Positions 1 to 12,205 of a stretch of 64,000 nt of DNA are shown one piece after another. The DNA is from Chiloscyllium plagiosum (taxonomy: Eukaryota): assembly GCF_004010195.1 (NCBI RefSeq), contig NC_057719.1:88067352-88131351 (forward strand). Direction: 5' to 3'. The notes under the pieces were generated by a model. It did not search any database. It was not told the DNA's origin and saw only the letters and a program-made list of their open reading frames with translations. Position 1 is the first letter of the stretch. Each line of letters begins with the position of its first letter. The position numbers were made by a program, and so were the translations under genes.

Positions 1-1586
1 GGCTCATCCACCTATAACTAAGACATTGGTCTCACAGTAGTCAAAGCCAACTGTGGAGGAGACTACGTCAAGCCAGCCCTGGGCCCTGCTTATCATTGAA
101 GTATTGGTAGCCTTTGTCTCATCTCTCTGATCTCGGGCAGTGATGCCATCACTTGAGCTCACTTTGCCTGCGAGCACTTTCCTGCTCGATCCCTGCAACA
201 GTAGCTCAGTGAGCTGGAATCTGTTGCTAGGCCCAGGGCTTTGTTAGTAGGGAATCACTTGAGATCTGTAAATATCTCCCCTGTAATTAAGGCACCCCCG
301 AGAGTTGAACCTTGCACCTGATTAAATCAGAGCAGGTTTTCATTCACATCAAGCCCTTATTCTGAACAAAAGGTAATACAAGAAATACCTGGGGAGTAGA
401 AAACTTGAAATGTGTGGTTTGATCTTTCATCGTCTAAAAGAGAAACCCAGGTGAGTGGTTCAGCTGGCACAAGCATGGTCAAGGTCTGCCTGAATTGTTA
501 ATCTCTTTCCTCCTTCAAGGTAGCTACTGTATGTTTCCATCAGAGTTTTTTGTGTTTTATTCTGCAGCGAATGTCCTCTTGTTCGTGTTTAAATCCCAAG
601 AGACTGGAGCTACATTGACCTGCGTCTGCCCTGCCCAGTCCCAGCAGCCCAGGCACTGGTTAAATCATTGACTTAGTTTGAGTTTTGAATGGGGGGGAGC
701 AGGGGGGTTCATGGTAGGCCACAGGCGTTCCCAGATTAAACCAGCAAAATATACCCTGTACTGGGCAGTAATTTCAGTCAAGGGTGGAACATGTCGCATC
801 AGATGTTGGCAGGGCAGTTATTTTGTGAATGTGCTCCGAGTCGATTTACAAACAGGAAGATATATGGAACCGAAAACAATGTACTCTTGTAGTACTGTAT
901 TCCTGCCACTACATGGTAGTGTTGTTAATAAAGTGCTAATCCACCGTCTGGGCATTTTTAATCCAGTCTCTGTTCAGTTCTAATTTCAGTCTTCAGAGAA
1001 AATGTGTGCACTTTTTTTAAGAAAAAAAGGTGCCAATGAACTTTGTGTCATGAATCCTCAAATAAATATACTTTTTTCCCCTGTTGTATTTGGGGATGTG
1101 GTGAGGATAGTTACTGTCCGTTCCTGGTTTCCCACAGGAAGTGGTGGGCCACCTCAAATGACTGGTATCTGTTTGTTTTGTGGCAGTTTAGTGGCTTTCT
1201 GGGCCACTTAAGTTGGGTACTTGAGCTTTGGCCACTTTTGTGAGACTGAAGTCCTTTATCAGCGAAATCAGGTTTCCTTCCCCAAGCGATTGTTACGAAA
1301 CCAGTTGGGTTTTTACAATCTGACAGCTTCATGTTCACTTTACAAATAGAAATATTTTAATTCCATATTTCTTTTACACTGGATTTAGAATTTCAAGCTT
1401 CTATGGTAGTTTTTAAATTTAAACATTATTGGCCCAGAGAAACAACTATAAATACCAAAACCATTATGCACTATCATAAATAGAATTACATCTTGATTTG
1501 CAAACGTACACTGACCATTTATACCAACTGTTCTCTGGTGTCATGGTTCAGTCAAATAGACTTAAGTAAGGGTAGTCACACATGAA

Positions 1587-1915
1587 TGGTGGCATGGTGT
1601 CTAAGTGGTTAGCACTGTTACCTGACTGCACCAGGGATCTGGGTTTGTTTTCACCCTTGGGTGACTGTGTGGACTTTGCACATTCTCCTTGTGCCTATGT
1701 GGGTTTCCTCTGGTTGCTCCAGTTTCCTCCCACAGTCCAAAGATGTGCAGGTCCGGTGGATTGACCATGCAGCAATGTTTTAGCATTGTTTGCAGATTAG
1801 GTGAGTTAGCTGTGGTATTAAAAGAAATCATGTGGGTTGTGGGTATGTGGATCTGGTGGGAAGCTCTTTGGATGGACTGAATGGCCTCTTTCTGCATTGT
1901 AGGAATTCTATGAGT
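1587..1915 (+). mobile_element. HE1/V-SINE-like tRNA-derived SINE, diverged
   Basis: A-box-like tggcatggtgtctaagtggttagc and the conserved gtgggtttcctc...ttcctcccacagtccaaagatgtgcagg body. Confidence 0.8.
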
Positions 1916-1999
1916 AAGGCCAGAACTGACTGACAGTGGGTTGGGAAAGGAGTTTAGCAGCTAAGCAGAATGGTGGTAGACGTTTAAGAAAATAGTTCA

Positions 2000-4620
2000 T
2001 GACTACCAACAAATAAGGATCCTAGGAAGACCATAAGCTAGCCATGGTTAATCAGGGAAGTTAAGGACAGCATTGAGTTTAAGAAAACCTATAACATGGC
2101 CAACTTTGGTAGTAAGCCTGAGAAAGTTGTTCTTGAAAGACTTGGAAAACGTCTTAAAAATCAACAAAAGGCAACCAAAAAATAACACTGAAGAAGACAA
2201 ACTTTGAAGGTACACTTTCATGCCATAAACAAAGACATGCAGTCAGAGTTTCTTTAAATATGTAAAAGGGAAGAGAGAAGCCAAAGCAAACATAGACCCC
2301 TTGGCGAACAAGGCAAGGGAAATAATAATGGAGAACCAGGAAGTGTCAGAGCAGTTGAATAAATACTTTGCATCAACCTTTGCAGTAGAAGACGCTAAAA
2401 GTATTCCAAAATTACTTAAAAATCAAGGTTAAAAGGAAAGGAAATAATACATAATTATCTGGAGAGAAATGGTGCTAAGGAAACTAATGGGGCTAAAGAC
2501 CAATTAGTCCCCAACCTGATGAGATCCATTCCAGAATATTAAAGGAAGTAGCTGCAGAGACAGTGGATGTACTGGTAATAATCCTTCAGGAATCCTTATA
2601 TTCTGGAAAAGTTCCAGAGAAATGGAAAACTACCAATGTAACACCTTTATTTTAAAATAAAGACAAAAACAGGTTATCTGGCTTATTGGGGAAAATGTTC
2701 GTGTCTATTATAAAGGATGTAATACTATCTAGAAAGTCATTATATGATCAAGTAGAGTCAGCATGGCTTAAAGGAAAAATCGTGCTTGACAAATTTATTA
2801 GAACTCTTTTTTTTTTAAGGAGGTAACAAGCAGGATAGATAAAGGGGAAGCAGTAGTTGCAATATGTTTGGATTTATAGAAGATGTTTGATAAGGTACCA
2901 CACATTAGACTACTTGAATAAGAGCCCATGATGTTGGAGGTAGCATATCAGCATTGATTAAAAGGTTTAGTAGAGCGAGGCTGTCAGGCAGAAGATTCAG
3001 AAGCTTGAACATGCACCACCAGATTCAAGAACCGCTTCTTCCCTGCCATTATTAGACTGCTGAATGCACTTCTCTAATTTCAAATAATGTTGACCTTGCT
3101 TTGTGCATCTCTGGTGCAGCCATAATCTTGTAAACTTGGCTCGAAGCACACTATGATCTGTATATCTTTGTTTGCTATGATCTGTCTGTACTCCTTGCAA
3201 AGCAAAGTTTTTCACTGTACTTGGGTATATGTGACTACAATGAATCAAATCAAATGAGTAATGATACATTTCAGGATGGCAACCTATAATTACAAAGATC
3301 AGTCGTGGGGCCAAATTTGGATCAGGATAGCCAAAGTAGTGGATGACATAAAAAATAGTGAAGATGATGTCAGGTCTGCAGTGAGAAATAGATAATGAGT
3401 GGGCAAAACTTGGCAGATAGTCATAGAGTATGGAAAGAGACATTTTGGTCCAAATAGTTCACGCTGACCCTATTCCCAAACTAGTTCCACCTGCCTGCAC
3501 TTGGCCTATATCTATCCATTCCTGATGAAGGGCTTATGCCTGAAATGTCCACTCTCTTGCTCCTCGGATGCTGCCTGACCTGCTGTGCTTTTCCAGCACC
3601 ACATTCTGTCCTCTAATCTCCAGCATCTGCAGTCCTCACTTTCTCCATATCCATCCAAACCTTTCCTATTCATGTACCAAATGTCTTCTACATTCCAAAC
3701 GTCTTCTACCTGCATCCAGCACTTCCTCTGGCAGTTCGTTACACGCACTAACCATTCTGTGTAAAAAAAAAAAAAAGGTTGCCTCTCATGTTCTTTATAA
3801 ATCTTCCTCCTCTCATTCAAAACATATGTCCCTTAGTTTTGAAATTCATTACTTTGGGGAAATGACCTTTGCTATTCACTTTATCTATTCACCTCATTTT
3901 ATAAACTTCTGTTAAGGTACCTCAACCTCCTATGCTCCAGTGAAAAAAAGTCCCGGCCCCTCCTTATAGCTCGAGCCCTCCATTCCTGGTAACATCTTGG
4001 TAAATCTATTCTGAATCCTCTCAGTTTAATAATATCCTTCAAATAAAAGGTGACCAGAACTGCACGTAATACTTTGGAAGAGGACACACTAACGTCCTGT
4101 GCAACCTCAACATGACGTCCCAACTCCTATGCTCAACGGTCTGAGCAATGAAGGCAAGCGTGCTAAATGTCATCTAAACAACCCCGACGCAGATTTCAAA
4201 GAATTATGTACCTGAAACCCTAGGTTTCTTGGAATAAAATGGAGAAGAGCTTGAGATTGTGCACTTTGGCAGGAAGAAACGAGGAGCTGACTATTATTTA
4301 AGTGGAGGAAAGTTGACAAATCTGTTGAACAGAGGGATTTGGGAATATGCGTTCATAAATCACAAAGAGCTATTATCAATGTTCAGTGGATTATAGTGAA
4401 ATGAATTGTTGACCTTCATTTCAAAGGGCATGGAGTATGAAAGTAGGGAGGTCTTGTTAAAACCATGCAAGACATTAGTCAGCCCACAATTGCAATACTC
4501 TGAATAGTTTGGGCCTCTTATCTATGAAACGATATACTGGTTTTGGAGGCAGTCCAGAGCGAGTTCATTAAGCTGATACCAGGAATGGAGAGATATTTTA
4601 AGGAGTTAAAGAAGCAGAAG
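2000..4620. mobile_element. Nested stack: old CR1 (+) interrupted by a Rex1-like 3' fragment (about 2975-3255) and a CR1 3' part (-, about 3420-4230)
   Basis: Decayed CR1 RT motifs (SQHG, FDKVPH). The Rex1-like end reads RFKNRFFPAIIRLLN and has an (aatca)n tail. A minus-strand CR1 3' tail starts at gtcatagag. Confidence 0.7.
3518..3646 (+). mobile_element. Penelope-derived short element with hammerhead-like core
   Basis: attcCTGATGAagggcttatgcctGAAAtGTC followed by the family tail, flanked by atatctatcc/atatccatcc. Inserted in a CR1 tail. Confidence 0.8.
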
Positions 4621-5252
4621 GGTTTGGGGATGGTATTCAGAGTTTAGTACCTAAGTACTGAAGGTGTGGGCACCAATTGGCATGATATTAACATTAGGGC
4701 TGTTGACACTGGAAGTAATGGTGTAGGAGTGGAATGAGAAGCTACTGATGACTATTCCAGTGTGATGACCTGGATAAGGATGGAACTAGGTGAGAATAGT
4801 CCCATACACCCAGATGGCAAAGGGTTGTTGGAAGATATGCATAGGTAGTGAAGAAATAATTGCAGTCACAGAATGTAAGTTATTGACTTTGATTGCCATC
4901 TTTGTACTGTGGCAAGGTGGAAGACTGGAAAAAGGTGCTCAACCTTGGGAAAGCTGAGAATGGATTTAGGAGAAACAACGCGTTCAAGGCTTTTGAAGAG
5001 AGATGGAGATTTGGTGGCAGTGTGCAAAGATGGAGGAGTTAAGATTTTGTTTTCAAGAGGGGATCGGTTTTTGAGGTAAAAGTTGATACCAGCTAATGTA
5101 GGGAGCAGGAAAGGAGTTTTGTGTTATCAGCTGATTAGTAGGAGTCGGTGTCCCATAGTCAAGCTAGTCTCTAGTTAGAAAAAGTACTATGGAGTAGGGA
5201 GACGCTTAAGTTTGGATGGATGAACTTGGCCCAGGGGAATGGAGGGTCATGG

Positions 5253-5575
5253 ATTAGATTAGATTAGATTAGATTAGATTAGATTACTTACAGTGTGGAA
5301 AAAGGCCCTTCGGCCCAACAAGTCCACACCGACCAGCCGAAGCGCAACCCACCCATTCCCCTACATTTACCCCTTTTACCTAACACTAGGGGCAATTTAG
5401 CATGGCCAATTCACCTGACCTGCACATCTTTGGACTGTGGGAGGAAACCGGAGCACCCAGAGGAAACCCACGCAGACACGGGGAGAACGTGCAAACTCCA
5501 CACAGTCAGTCGCCTGAGTCGGGAATTGAACCCGGGTCTCTGGCGCTGTGAGGCAGCAGTGCCACCGTGCCACCC
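5253..5575 (-). mobile_element. HE1-like SINE with (AATCT)n tail
   Basis: Near-consensus copy with a (ttaga)n tail at 5253-5286. Confidence 0.9.
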
Positions 5576-5808
5576 ACAGGCGCAGCTGCTTGGATAGTCT
5601 CAGTCTTAATGACAAATCCATGAGTCCTTCGTGCATAATGAGGGTGGAGGGGACAGGAGGCTGATTGGTAGGAGATAAGAAAAGGCAAGAATTTCTTTAG
5701 TCTTCCAGGATGATTCTGAAATGGTGAGTGGCTTCCACAGATAAGCGAAGAACTTAGTAATGTCTTGTGGCCCAATCAAATCTGGCACTTGGCAGTTAAT
5801 GCCAGTGT

Positions 5809-5983
5809 CTAGATTAGAATGGTGCTGGAAAAGCACAGCAGTTCAGACAGCATCCGAGGAGCAGGAAAATCGACATTTCGGGCAAAAGCCCTTCATCAGA
5901 GGGGTCTAGAGGACAAAAGCTTTTCCAGCACCACTCTAATCTAGAATCTGGTTTCCAGCATCTGCAGTCCTTGTTTTTACCTG
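5809..5983. mobile_element. Penelope-derived fold-back element
   Basis: Inverted arms; hammerhead-like core on the - strand (5870-5899). 14-bp TSD gttaatgccagtgt at 5795-5808 and 5984-5997. Confidence 0.85.
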
Positions 5984-6147
5984 GTTAATGCCAGTGTGTC
6001 TGCATGATCCTTTTCATGATGTATACCTTGAACATGAAGTGAAAGGAGTGTGGTAGAAGGGAGAAAAATACAAAGTATGATTAAGTAAGTAATGGTTAAA
6101 ATGTGGCTGAATGCATCGAAGGTGTCATTGAGTGTATTCAAATTTTA

Positions 6148-6420
6148 GGCTGCATGGTAGCTCAATGTTTAGCACTGCTGCCTCACAGCACCAGGGACCT
6201 GGGTTCAATTCCTGCATTGGTTGACTGCTTGTGTGGAGATTGCATATTCTCCCAGTATCTGTGTGGGTTTCCTCCCACAGTCCAAAGATGTGCTGGTCAG
6301 GTGAATTGCACATAGTGTTAGGTGCATTAGTCAGGGGTAAATATAGAGGGGAATGGGTCTGATTGGGTTGCTCTTTGGACGGTCAGTGTGGACTTGGGCC
6401 GAAGGACCTATTTCCTTCGG
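6148..6420 (+). mobile_element. HE1-like SINE
   Basis: tRNA-like head (A/B boxes, ggttcaattcc) and HE1 body. Confidence 0.85.
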
Positions 6421-8844
6421 GGAATTGTCGGGAATTGTAAAAAAACTTTTTCCTCCCTCAGTGTTGTATTTCTAGCTGTACTTCCACTGATTTTAATCTC
6501 TTAACTCCCTTACCCTGGTGGCTAGTGGCATTCCCCTCAGCATTCTGTGACTGGGAAGAATTTTAACTTACAAAGGGAGTGCAGATGTTGATGAATGGGA
6601 TCAGGAGCCCCACATGATCTTGCTGACTGCTTTTGATGCGTCCACATTTTCAGCATGGGGGTGACATACCTAGAAACAGGGGGCCGGCAATTTGAATGCA
6701 CAAAATTGCAGTTCAATGAGGATTAACCTTGGACTGTGTAACCAACTTGGGGTTTTCCAAATTCTCTCAAACCAGCGTAAACAAGATTATGAAATTGACA
6801 CTACTGCTATCCCTCGAGTGATCTCTCTGAGAAGTGATTTCTACCACCTTACACTTGTTTGCTCCTGCGCTGCTGACAAGTTAAAGTCAATTTATGCAGC
6901 TTGATGCTGAATGGACCCCCCCATAAATTCCATTGAACTTGCCCCACCATTCAGAGTGACTGTACCTAATCTAGTATATGTTTGCTTTCCTGCCGTCTCC
7001 CGAAATGACTTGATTCTCTGCCAGGCAGAAGCGTCTGTTTACCTTAGCCTTAAACATCCACAGCCTCCTGGTACAAAACCTATTTTCAAGATGAATGTAT
7101 TGGGTTAGCCGGTGCAAAGACCGGCACAGCCCTGGAATGCCTCACTTGCAGTTCACACAAGTGGGTCTTCAGACTGTCTCAATCAGTGGGGTTCGTGGTT
7201 GAGAGTGGAATTGCCTGTGCTGATGATGGTAAAAGATTGTCAATGATATAATGTCTCATAGGAACAGTGATAAAAGACTCAATAATATCAATATCACCTT
7301 GTCTAATGAGGACAGTGGTAAAAGATTGTTGATAGTACCATGTTGCCTAATAGGGGCAGTGGCTAAAAAAAAATGTGTTGCCAAATGTGTTACATGACTG
7401 ACATATAATACCATGTTGTTTAATGGAATGTTCGCAATGCATATCTGTATGTAGCATATGGAGACTTGTAAGATAATGAAAAGTGTTTAGAGATTCCCAT
7501 GATTGAGAAGGGTTTTTAACCAAGAGTTTGAAGGGAACCCATATGGATCCTATGAAATTAGGTCAACAGTTTAATATGGGCTATGATCCACTTGCTGATT
7601 ACATAGTCAAAGGCTTTGGGGGGGGAAAAGAAATAACAAGGCAAAACTTTAATGGGGTTAAGATAAACCCTTACATTATGACCCTTATTTGCTGGTAAAC
7701 CTGGCAGGGAACCCTGTGTTGATTGTTATCAGCCAATCCTTCCTGATCTTTTTTTGTTTCACAAACCTAGGGGCCTAAGAAGAAGCAAGCAACCGTAAAG
7801 CAGAAGTATGACTGAAATCTCTCTGCCTCACTTGGTTGAAGTACTTGATAGGGATTTTCCTCTCAATAATTTAATTATCTTGTAACCCCTGAAAAGTTGA
7901 ACTATGACCATTCTCCAGCGACATGTGACCCGAAGCCTTGAATGAAAGATCTTCCATTGTTCTATGACTGTCAGCAATTAGATTTTAACAGCAAGTAACC
8001 TGGAGTGGATGTGAGAATCCACCAATTTTTATCCTTTGTTTTTCTGATTATTGACCAATAAGGGTGCTTTGCTGCTTTTGCAGATTTCAAAATTTCACCT
8101 CTTTGTTGTGTTTTGTATGTGTGTTTTTTTTTGTTTGAGTGGGATTAAAAGGGATATAGTTCTAATTCTGGATTGTAATTTAGATGTTTATTGTTTGTTT
8201 TAAAGGGTTTGTTTTATAATAAATTGATTTATTTTAGGTTTATGAAAGAAGCCTGATGAAAGTCTTGTTATTCTGAACAACAGAATGAAAGGAAACAAAA
8301 TCAATGTTTTGGTAACATCAAAATATTAATATTAATGACCACTGCAAGTGGCCATGGTGTGTTCGTGTGCTGCAGTTTGATTCCTCCTGTCAAAGTTTTA
8401 ACAGAGGACAGTAGAAAAACTGGTGAATAGCTGTCAATACTACAAGCTGTCAAGTACTACATGGGGACATGAGACAATGTGCTACAATTGAGTTATTTAC
8501 CAATATGGTCAACAGTAAAAGACAATAGAGAGTTGTTGTTTAATGGGGATGGCCAATAAATGTGGTAGCCAGTGGTGCCCACATCCCACAAATGTATAAT
8601 GGAAAAAAAATTCTCTGCTGTTTATTGGGGACAGTGGTGAATGCCCCACTGTGTAATGGAGAGAGTGATCAATACCGTGCTGTTTAATGGAGACTGTGAT
8701 CAATACTGTGCTGTTTAATGGAGACTGTGATTAATGCCATGCAATGTAATAGGGACAGTAACAAGTACCCTTCTGTTTAATGGGGACAATTACTCCACTG
8801 TGTAATGGAGACAGTGATTAATACAGTGGTGAACATTGTGGACA

Positions 8845-9320
8845 GTCCCTCGCAGACGAGGAGGACTCTTTTCCACACTTGGGGTGAGTCTGTAGATGGC
8901 TATACAGACTGATATGGCTACCGCAGGCTCTATTACACTTGGGGCAGGTGGTGGTCACAGGAAGGGGTGTTTAGGCCATGGTGTGCTCATATTGCTGTTT
9001 TTGCCTGGCTACCATTTTATTCAACTAGGAGAAAGTGAGGACTGCAGATGCAGGAGATCAGAGCTGAAAAATGTGTTGCTGGAAAAGCGCAGCAGGTCAG
9101 GCACCTTTTTTTCATAGCAGATCAGGCAGCAGCACATTTTTCAGCTACCATTTTATTCCCCAATGTCCAGTGTTGATGCTCGATGCCTTCCTGAATGAAC
9201 CTCCTCCACTTTGAACAGTTGTGGGTTAGTGATTCCTAGGTGTCTGTGGGAATGTCGCACTTCACTAGTGAGGCCTTCAAGGTATCACTGAAGTGCTTCC
9301 TCTGTTCACCTGGGCCTCGT
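8845..9320 (-). mobile_element. RTE-like LINE 3' fragment interrupted by a Penelope-derived element (9023-9143)
   Basis: The gtccctcgcagacgagg...ggggcaggtggtggtc 3' region resembles RTE. The insert is flanked by a 15-bp TSD gctaccattttattc (9008-9022, 9144-9158). Confidence 0.55.
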
Positions 9321-9339
9321 GTGCTGTTTCACAGTGGGG

Positions 9340-9996
9340 AATGCCCTGGTTAATGACAGTCAATAATGCATGCCTGTTGGTTAATGGAGACATGGTGCGT
9401 GTCCTGCTATTTATTAGAGATAGTGATGAATGCCCTGCTATGTAATGGGAACAGTCAGTAATGCATGCTGCCCTGTTTAATGAGGACAGTGGTGCATGCC
9501 GCATTGTAATGGAGACATGCACTGATGAACACCCCACTGTCTAATGGGGACGGCCAGTAACGCATGCTCCGCTGTTTAATGGGGACGGTCGGTAATGCAA
9601 GCCTCGTGTTTAATGGGCACAGTCAGTATTGCACGCCTGCTCAGTGTTTAATGGGCACAGTCAGTATTGCATGCCTGTCCTGTGTTTAATGGGCACAGTC
9701 AGTATTGCATGCCTGTCCTGTGTTTAATGAGCACAATCAGTATTGCATGCCTGTCCTTTGTTTAATGGGCACAGTCAGTATTGCATGCCTGTCCTGTGTT
9801 TAATGGGCACAGTCAGTATTGCATGCCTGCTCTGTGTTTAAAGGGCACAGTCAGTATTGCATGCCTGCTCTGTGTTTAAAAGGCACAGTCAGTATTGCAT
9901 GCCTGCTCTGTGTTTAATGAGCACAGTCAGTATTGCATGCCTGCTCTGTGTTTAATGAGCACAGTCAGTATTGCATGCCTGTCCTGTGTTTAATGA
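9340..9996. repeat. 38-bp minisatellite abutting the promoter
   Basis: Unit tgtgtttaatgggcacagtcagtattgcatgcctg(tcc/ctc). About 10 near-identical copies at 9606-9996; diverged copies upstream, also at about 7200-7430 and 8390-8830. Confidence 0.92.
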
Positions 9997-10125
9997 GCTC
10001 AGCGCGCGGCCGGTGCCGGTGCCGTTGCCATGGGAACGCTGCGGCCTGGTCTGTGTGCGGCGCCGGATCGTGAACAGCGGGTAACCGCGAGCTGGTGGGA
10101 GAACAGGTGGACAGGGATGGGGGAG
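9997..10125 (+). promoter_or_regulatory. Small CpG-rich promoter and putative non-coding exon 1 of HEATR4
   Basis: Most CpG-dense patch in the window (gcgcgcggccggtgccggtgccg...cggcgccggatcg). Candidate donors are CGG|GTAACC (10080/10081) and GAG|GTGAGC (10125/10126). The first coding exon begins with an acceptor at 14840, so an upstream exon is required. Confidence 0.6.
10024..10037. promoter_or_regulatory. RFX X-box
   Basis: GTTGCCATGGGAAC is one mismatch from the palindromic consensus GTTGCCATGGCAAC and lies inside the CpG patch. Confidence 0.75.
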
Positions 10126-10569
10126 GTGAGCAGGGTGGGGGAACACAGGAGTAAAGAGGGAAAGTCTGGTGGGGGTCGGGGGAGATCAGACAGACTTCCT
10201 CGAGGAGGAGGGCATCTAGACGTGTACACTTCTAATTCTCGACTCTCTCTCAATCATGTGATTTCCTTCTCCTTTCAAGTTTGAAAGTTATTCTCAAATT
10301 TGCTTTCACCACTCTTTTTAAGACAGTGTTTTCCAGTTTCCAATAATTTCTTTTAAATTTTTTTCTTCACTTTGCCCCAAGTTCTTCAAAAACCAGTTAT
10401 TTTACAGCCATTCTTGTCACTGAAACAGTCAAATTCTTTTCGTGATCAATCTTAATCATCTCTGCTCCAGTCTCGACACAAATTGCATTCATTCACATGT
10501 CTACGCTCTTCAGCTTTGACATGCTTCCTAAAGTGTAAAACTGCCTCCACATCTCCCTCCTTACCTCCA

Positions 10570-11177
10570 TTCCAAGTTTACATCCAGCAGAGATTTTACT
10601 ACACATCCAAACACCACCTACTGTGTCCACTGCTTTCGATGTGGTCCCCTCTACACTGGGGAGACAGAATGTCAACTTGTGGAACGGTTCAGAGAAGATC
10701 TCTGGGACACAAGCACTCAACAACCCCAATGCCCTGGAGCCAAACACTTCAACTCCCCCTCCCACTCTGCCAAGGACATGCAAGTCCTAGGCTGCCTCCA
10801 TTGCCAAACTCTAACTGACACCTGGAGGAAGAACACCTCATCTTCTGCCATGGGACCCTCCAACCGCATGGCATTAATGTGAATTTCCCCAGCTTTTCAT
10901 CTCCTTTTCCCCTGCCCACCTCATCCCAGATCCAACCCTCCAATTTGCCAACTTGTCCTACCTGTTCATCTTCCTTCCCACCTATCCACTCCAATCTATC
11001 ACTTTCATCCACCTATTGCGTTCCTTGCTACCTTCCCCCGCCCCATCCCAACCTTCCTCCCATTTATCTCTCAGCCCCCCCCCCATTTCTGATGTTGGGT
11101 TTATGTTGGAAACATCGATTCTCCTGCTCCTCAGATGCTGCCTTCTTGCTGTCCTTTTTTGGTACTACACTTTTTGA
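10570..11177 (+). mobile_element. Penelope-like element 3' fragment (GIY-YIG plus terminal repeat)
   Basis: Frameshifted YCVHCFRCGPLYTGET...ERFREDL...KHFNSPSHS...LEEEHLIFCHGTLQPHGINVNF, then a decayed hammerhead core (ctgatg...gaaacatc, 11089-11116) and the family tail. Confidence 0.85.
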
Positions 11178-11339
11178 CTATGCTTTCGAAAGTGTTAAGC
11201 CAAAATTGAATATATTACTCCACTGACCGGTGTGTTTTTTCAATGGTTTATCATAACCTTTTGTTTTTGTATTTTCTGCCTCTTTGTAAAACCAACAATC
11301 CATTATGCCCTTTGGCAGCCTAAAATGAGGAAGTGGAAG

Positions 11340-12205
11340 GGTGGGTCAGTAAGTTTGCCGATGACTCAAATTGTTGGAGTTGTGGATAGTGTGAAGGGCT
11401 GTTGTAGGTTGCAACAGTACATTGACAGGATACAGAGCTAGGCTGAGAATTGGCAGATGGAGTTCAACCTGGAAAAGTGTGAAGTGATTCATTTTGGAAG
11501 GATGAAGTTGAATGCAGATTACAGGGTTAAAGGCAAGATTCTCGGCAGTGTGGATGAACAGCAGGATCTTGGGGTTAACGTCTATAGTTGATAGGATTGT
11601 TACAAAAGTTTCGGGTGTGTTGACTTTCATTGGCGGGGGATTTAATTTAAGCGCTGCGAGGTTACGTTGCAGTTCTATAAAGTTCTGGTTAGACCACATG
11701 TGAAATATTGTGTTCAGTTCTGGTCGCCTCATTATGGGAAGGATGTGGAAGCTTTAGAGAGGATGCAGGGGAGATTTACCAGGATGCTGCCTGGACTGTA
11801 GGCATGTCTTAGGTTGAGGGAGGTAGGGCTTTTCTCATTGGAGCGAAGAAGAATGAGAGGTGACTTGATAGAGGTGTACAAAATGATGAGAGGCATTGAT
11901 AGAGTGGATAGCCAGAGACTTATTTCTAGGGTGGAAATGGCTATCATGAGGGGATTTTAAGGTGATTGGTGGAAGGTTTAGGGGAGATGTCAGAGGAAAG
12001 TTCTTTACACAGACAGGGGTGGGTGCGAGGAATGCAATGCCATCAGTGGTAGTTGAGTCAGATACATTAGGGACATTTAAGTGACTCCTGGATGAAAGTA
12101 AAGTGAAGGGTATGTAGGTTAGTTTGATCTTAGAGTTGGATAAAAGGTTGGCACAACATCAAGGGCCAAAGGGCCTGTACTGTGCTATACTATTTTATGT
12201 TCTAA
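11340..12205 (+). mobile_element. CR1 LINE 3' fragment
   Basis: SKFADD and WQMEFN motifs, plus the CR1 3' UTR (gggcctgtactgtgctatac). Confidence 0.88.

Noticed and set aside
1..1100. Possible end of a neighbouring gene (64-aa minus ORF; + frame ending GSSTYN*; AATAAA near 927 and 1061)
   Set aside because: No recognisable protein similarity or consistent splice structure; it cannot be judged at the window edge.
7388..8317. Possible solo LTRs with inverted TG..CA ends (also 44014-44486 and 57335-57931)
   Set aside because: No matching TSDs and ambiguous boundaries, so not supportable without a repeat library.
9340..9996. 38-bp repeats resembling a CRISPR array
   Set aside because: Head-to-tail units without unique spacers, no cas genes, and a vertebrate context.
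10030..10284. 84-aa ORF starting inside the X-box
   Set aside because: The ATG is part of the X-box and there is no similarity. The HEATR4 frame is closed by a TAA immediately before 14912.
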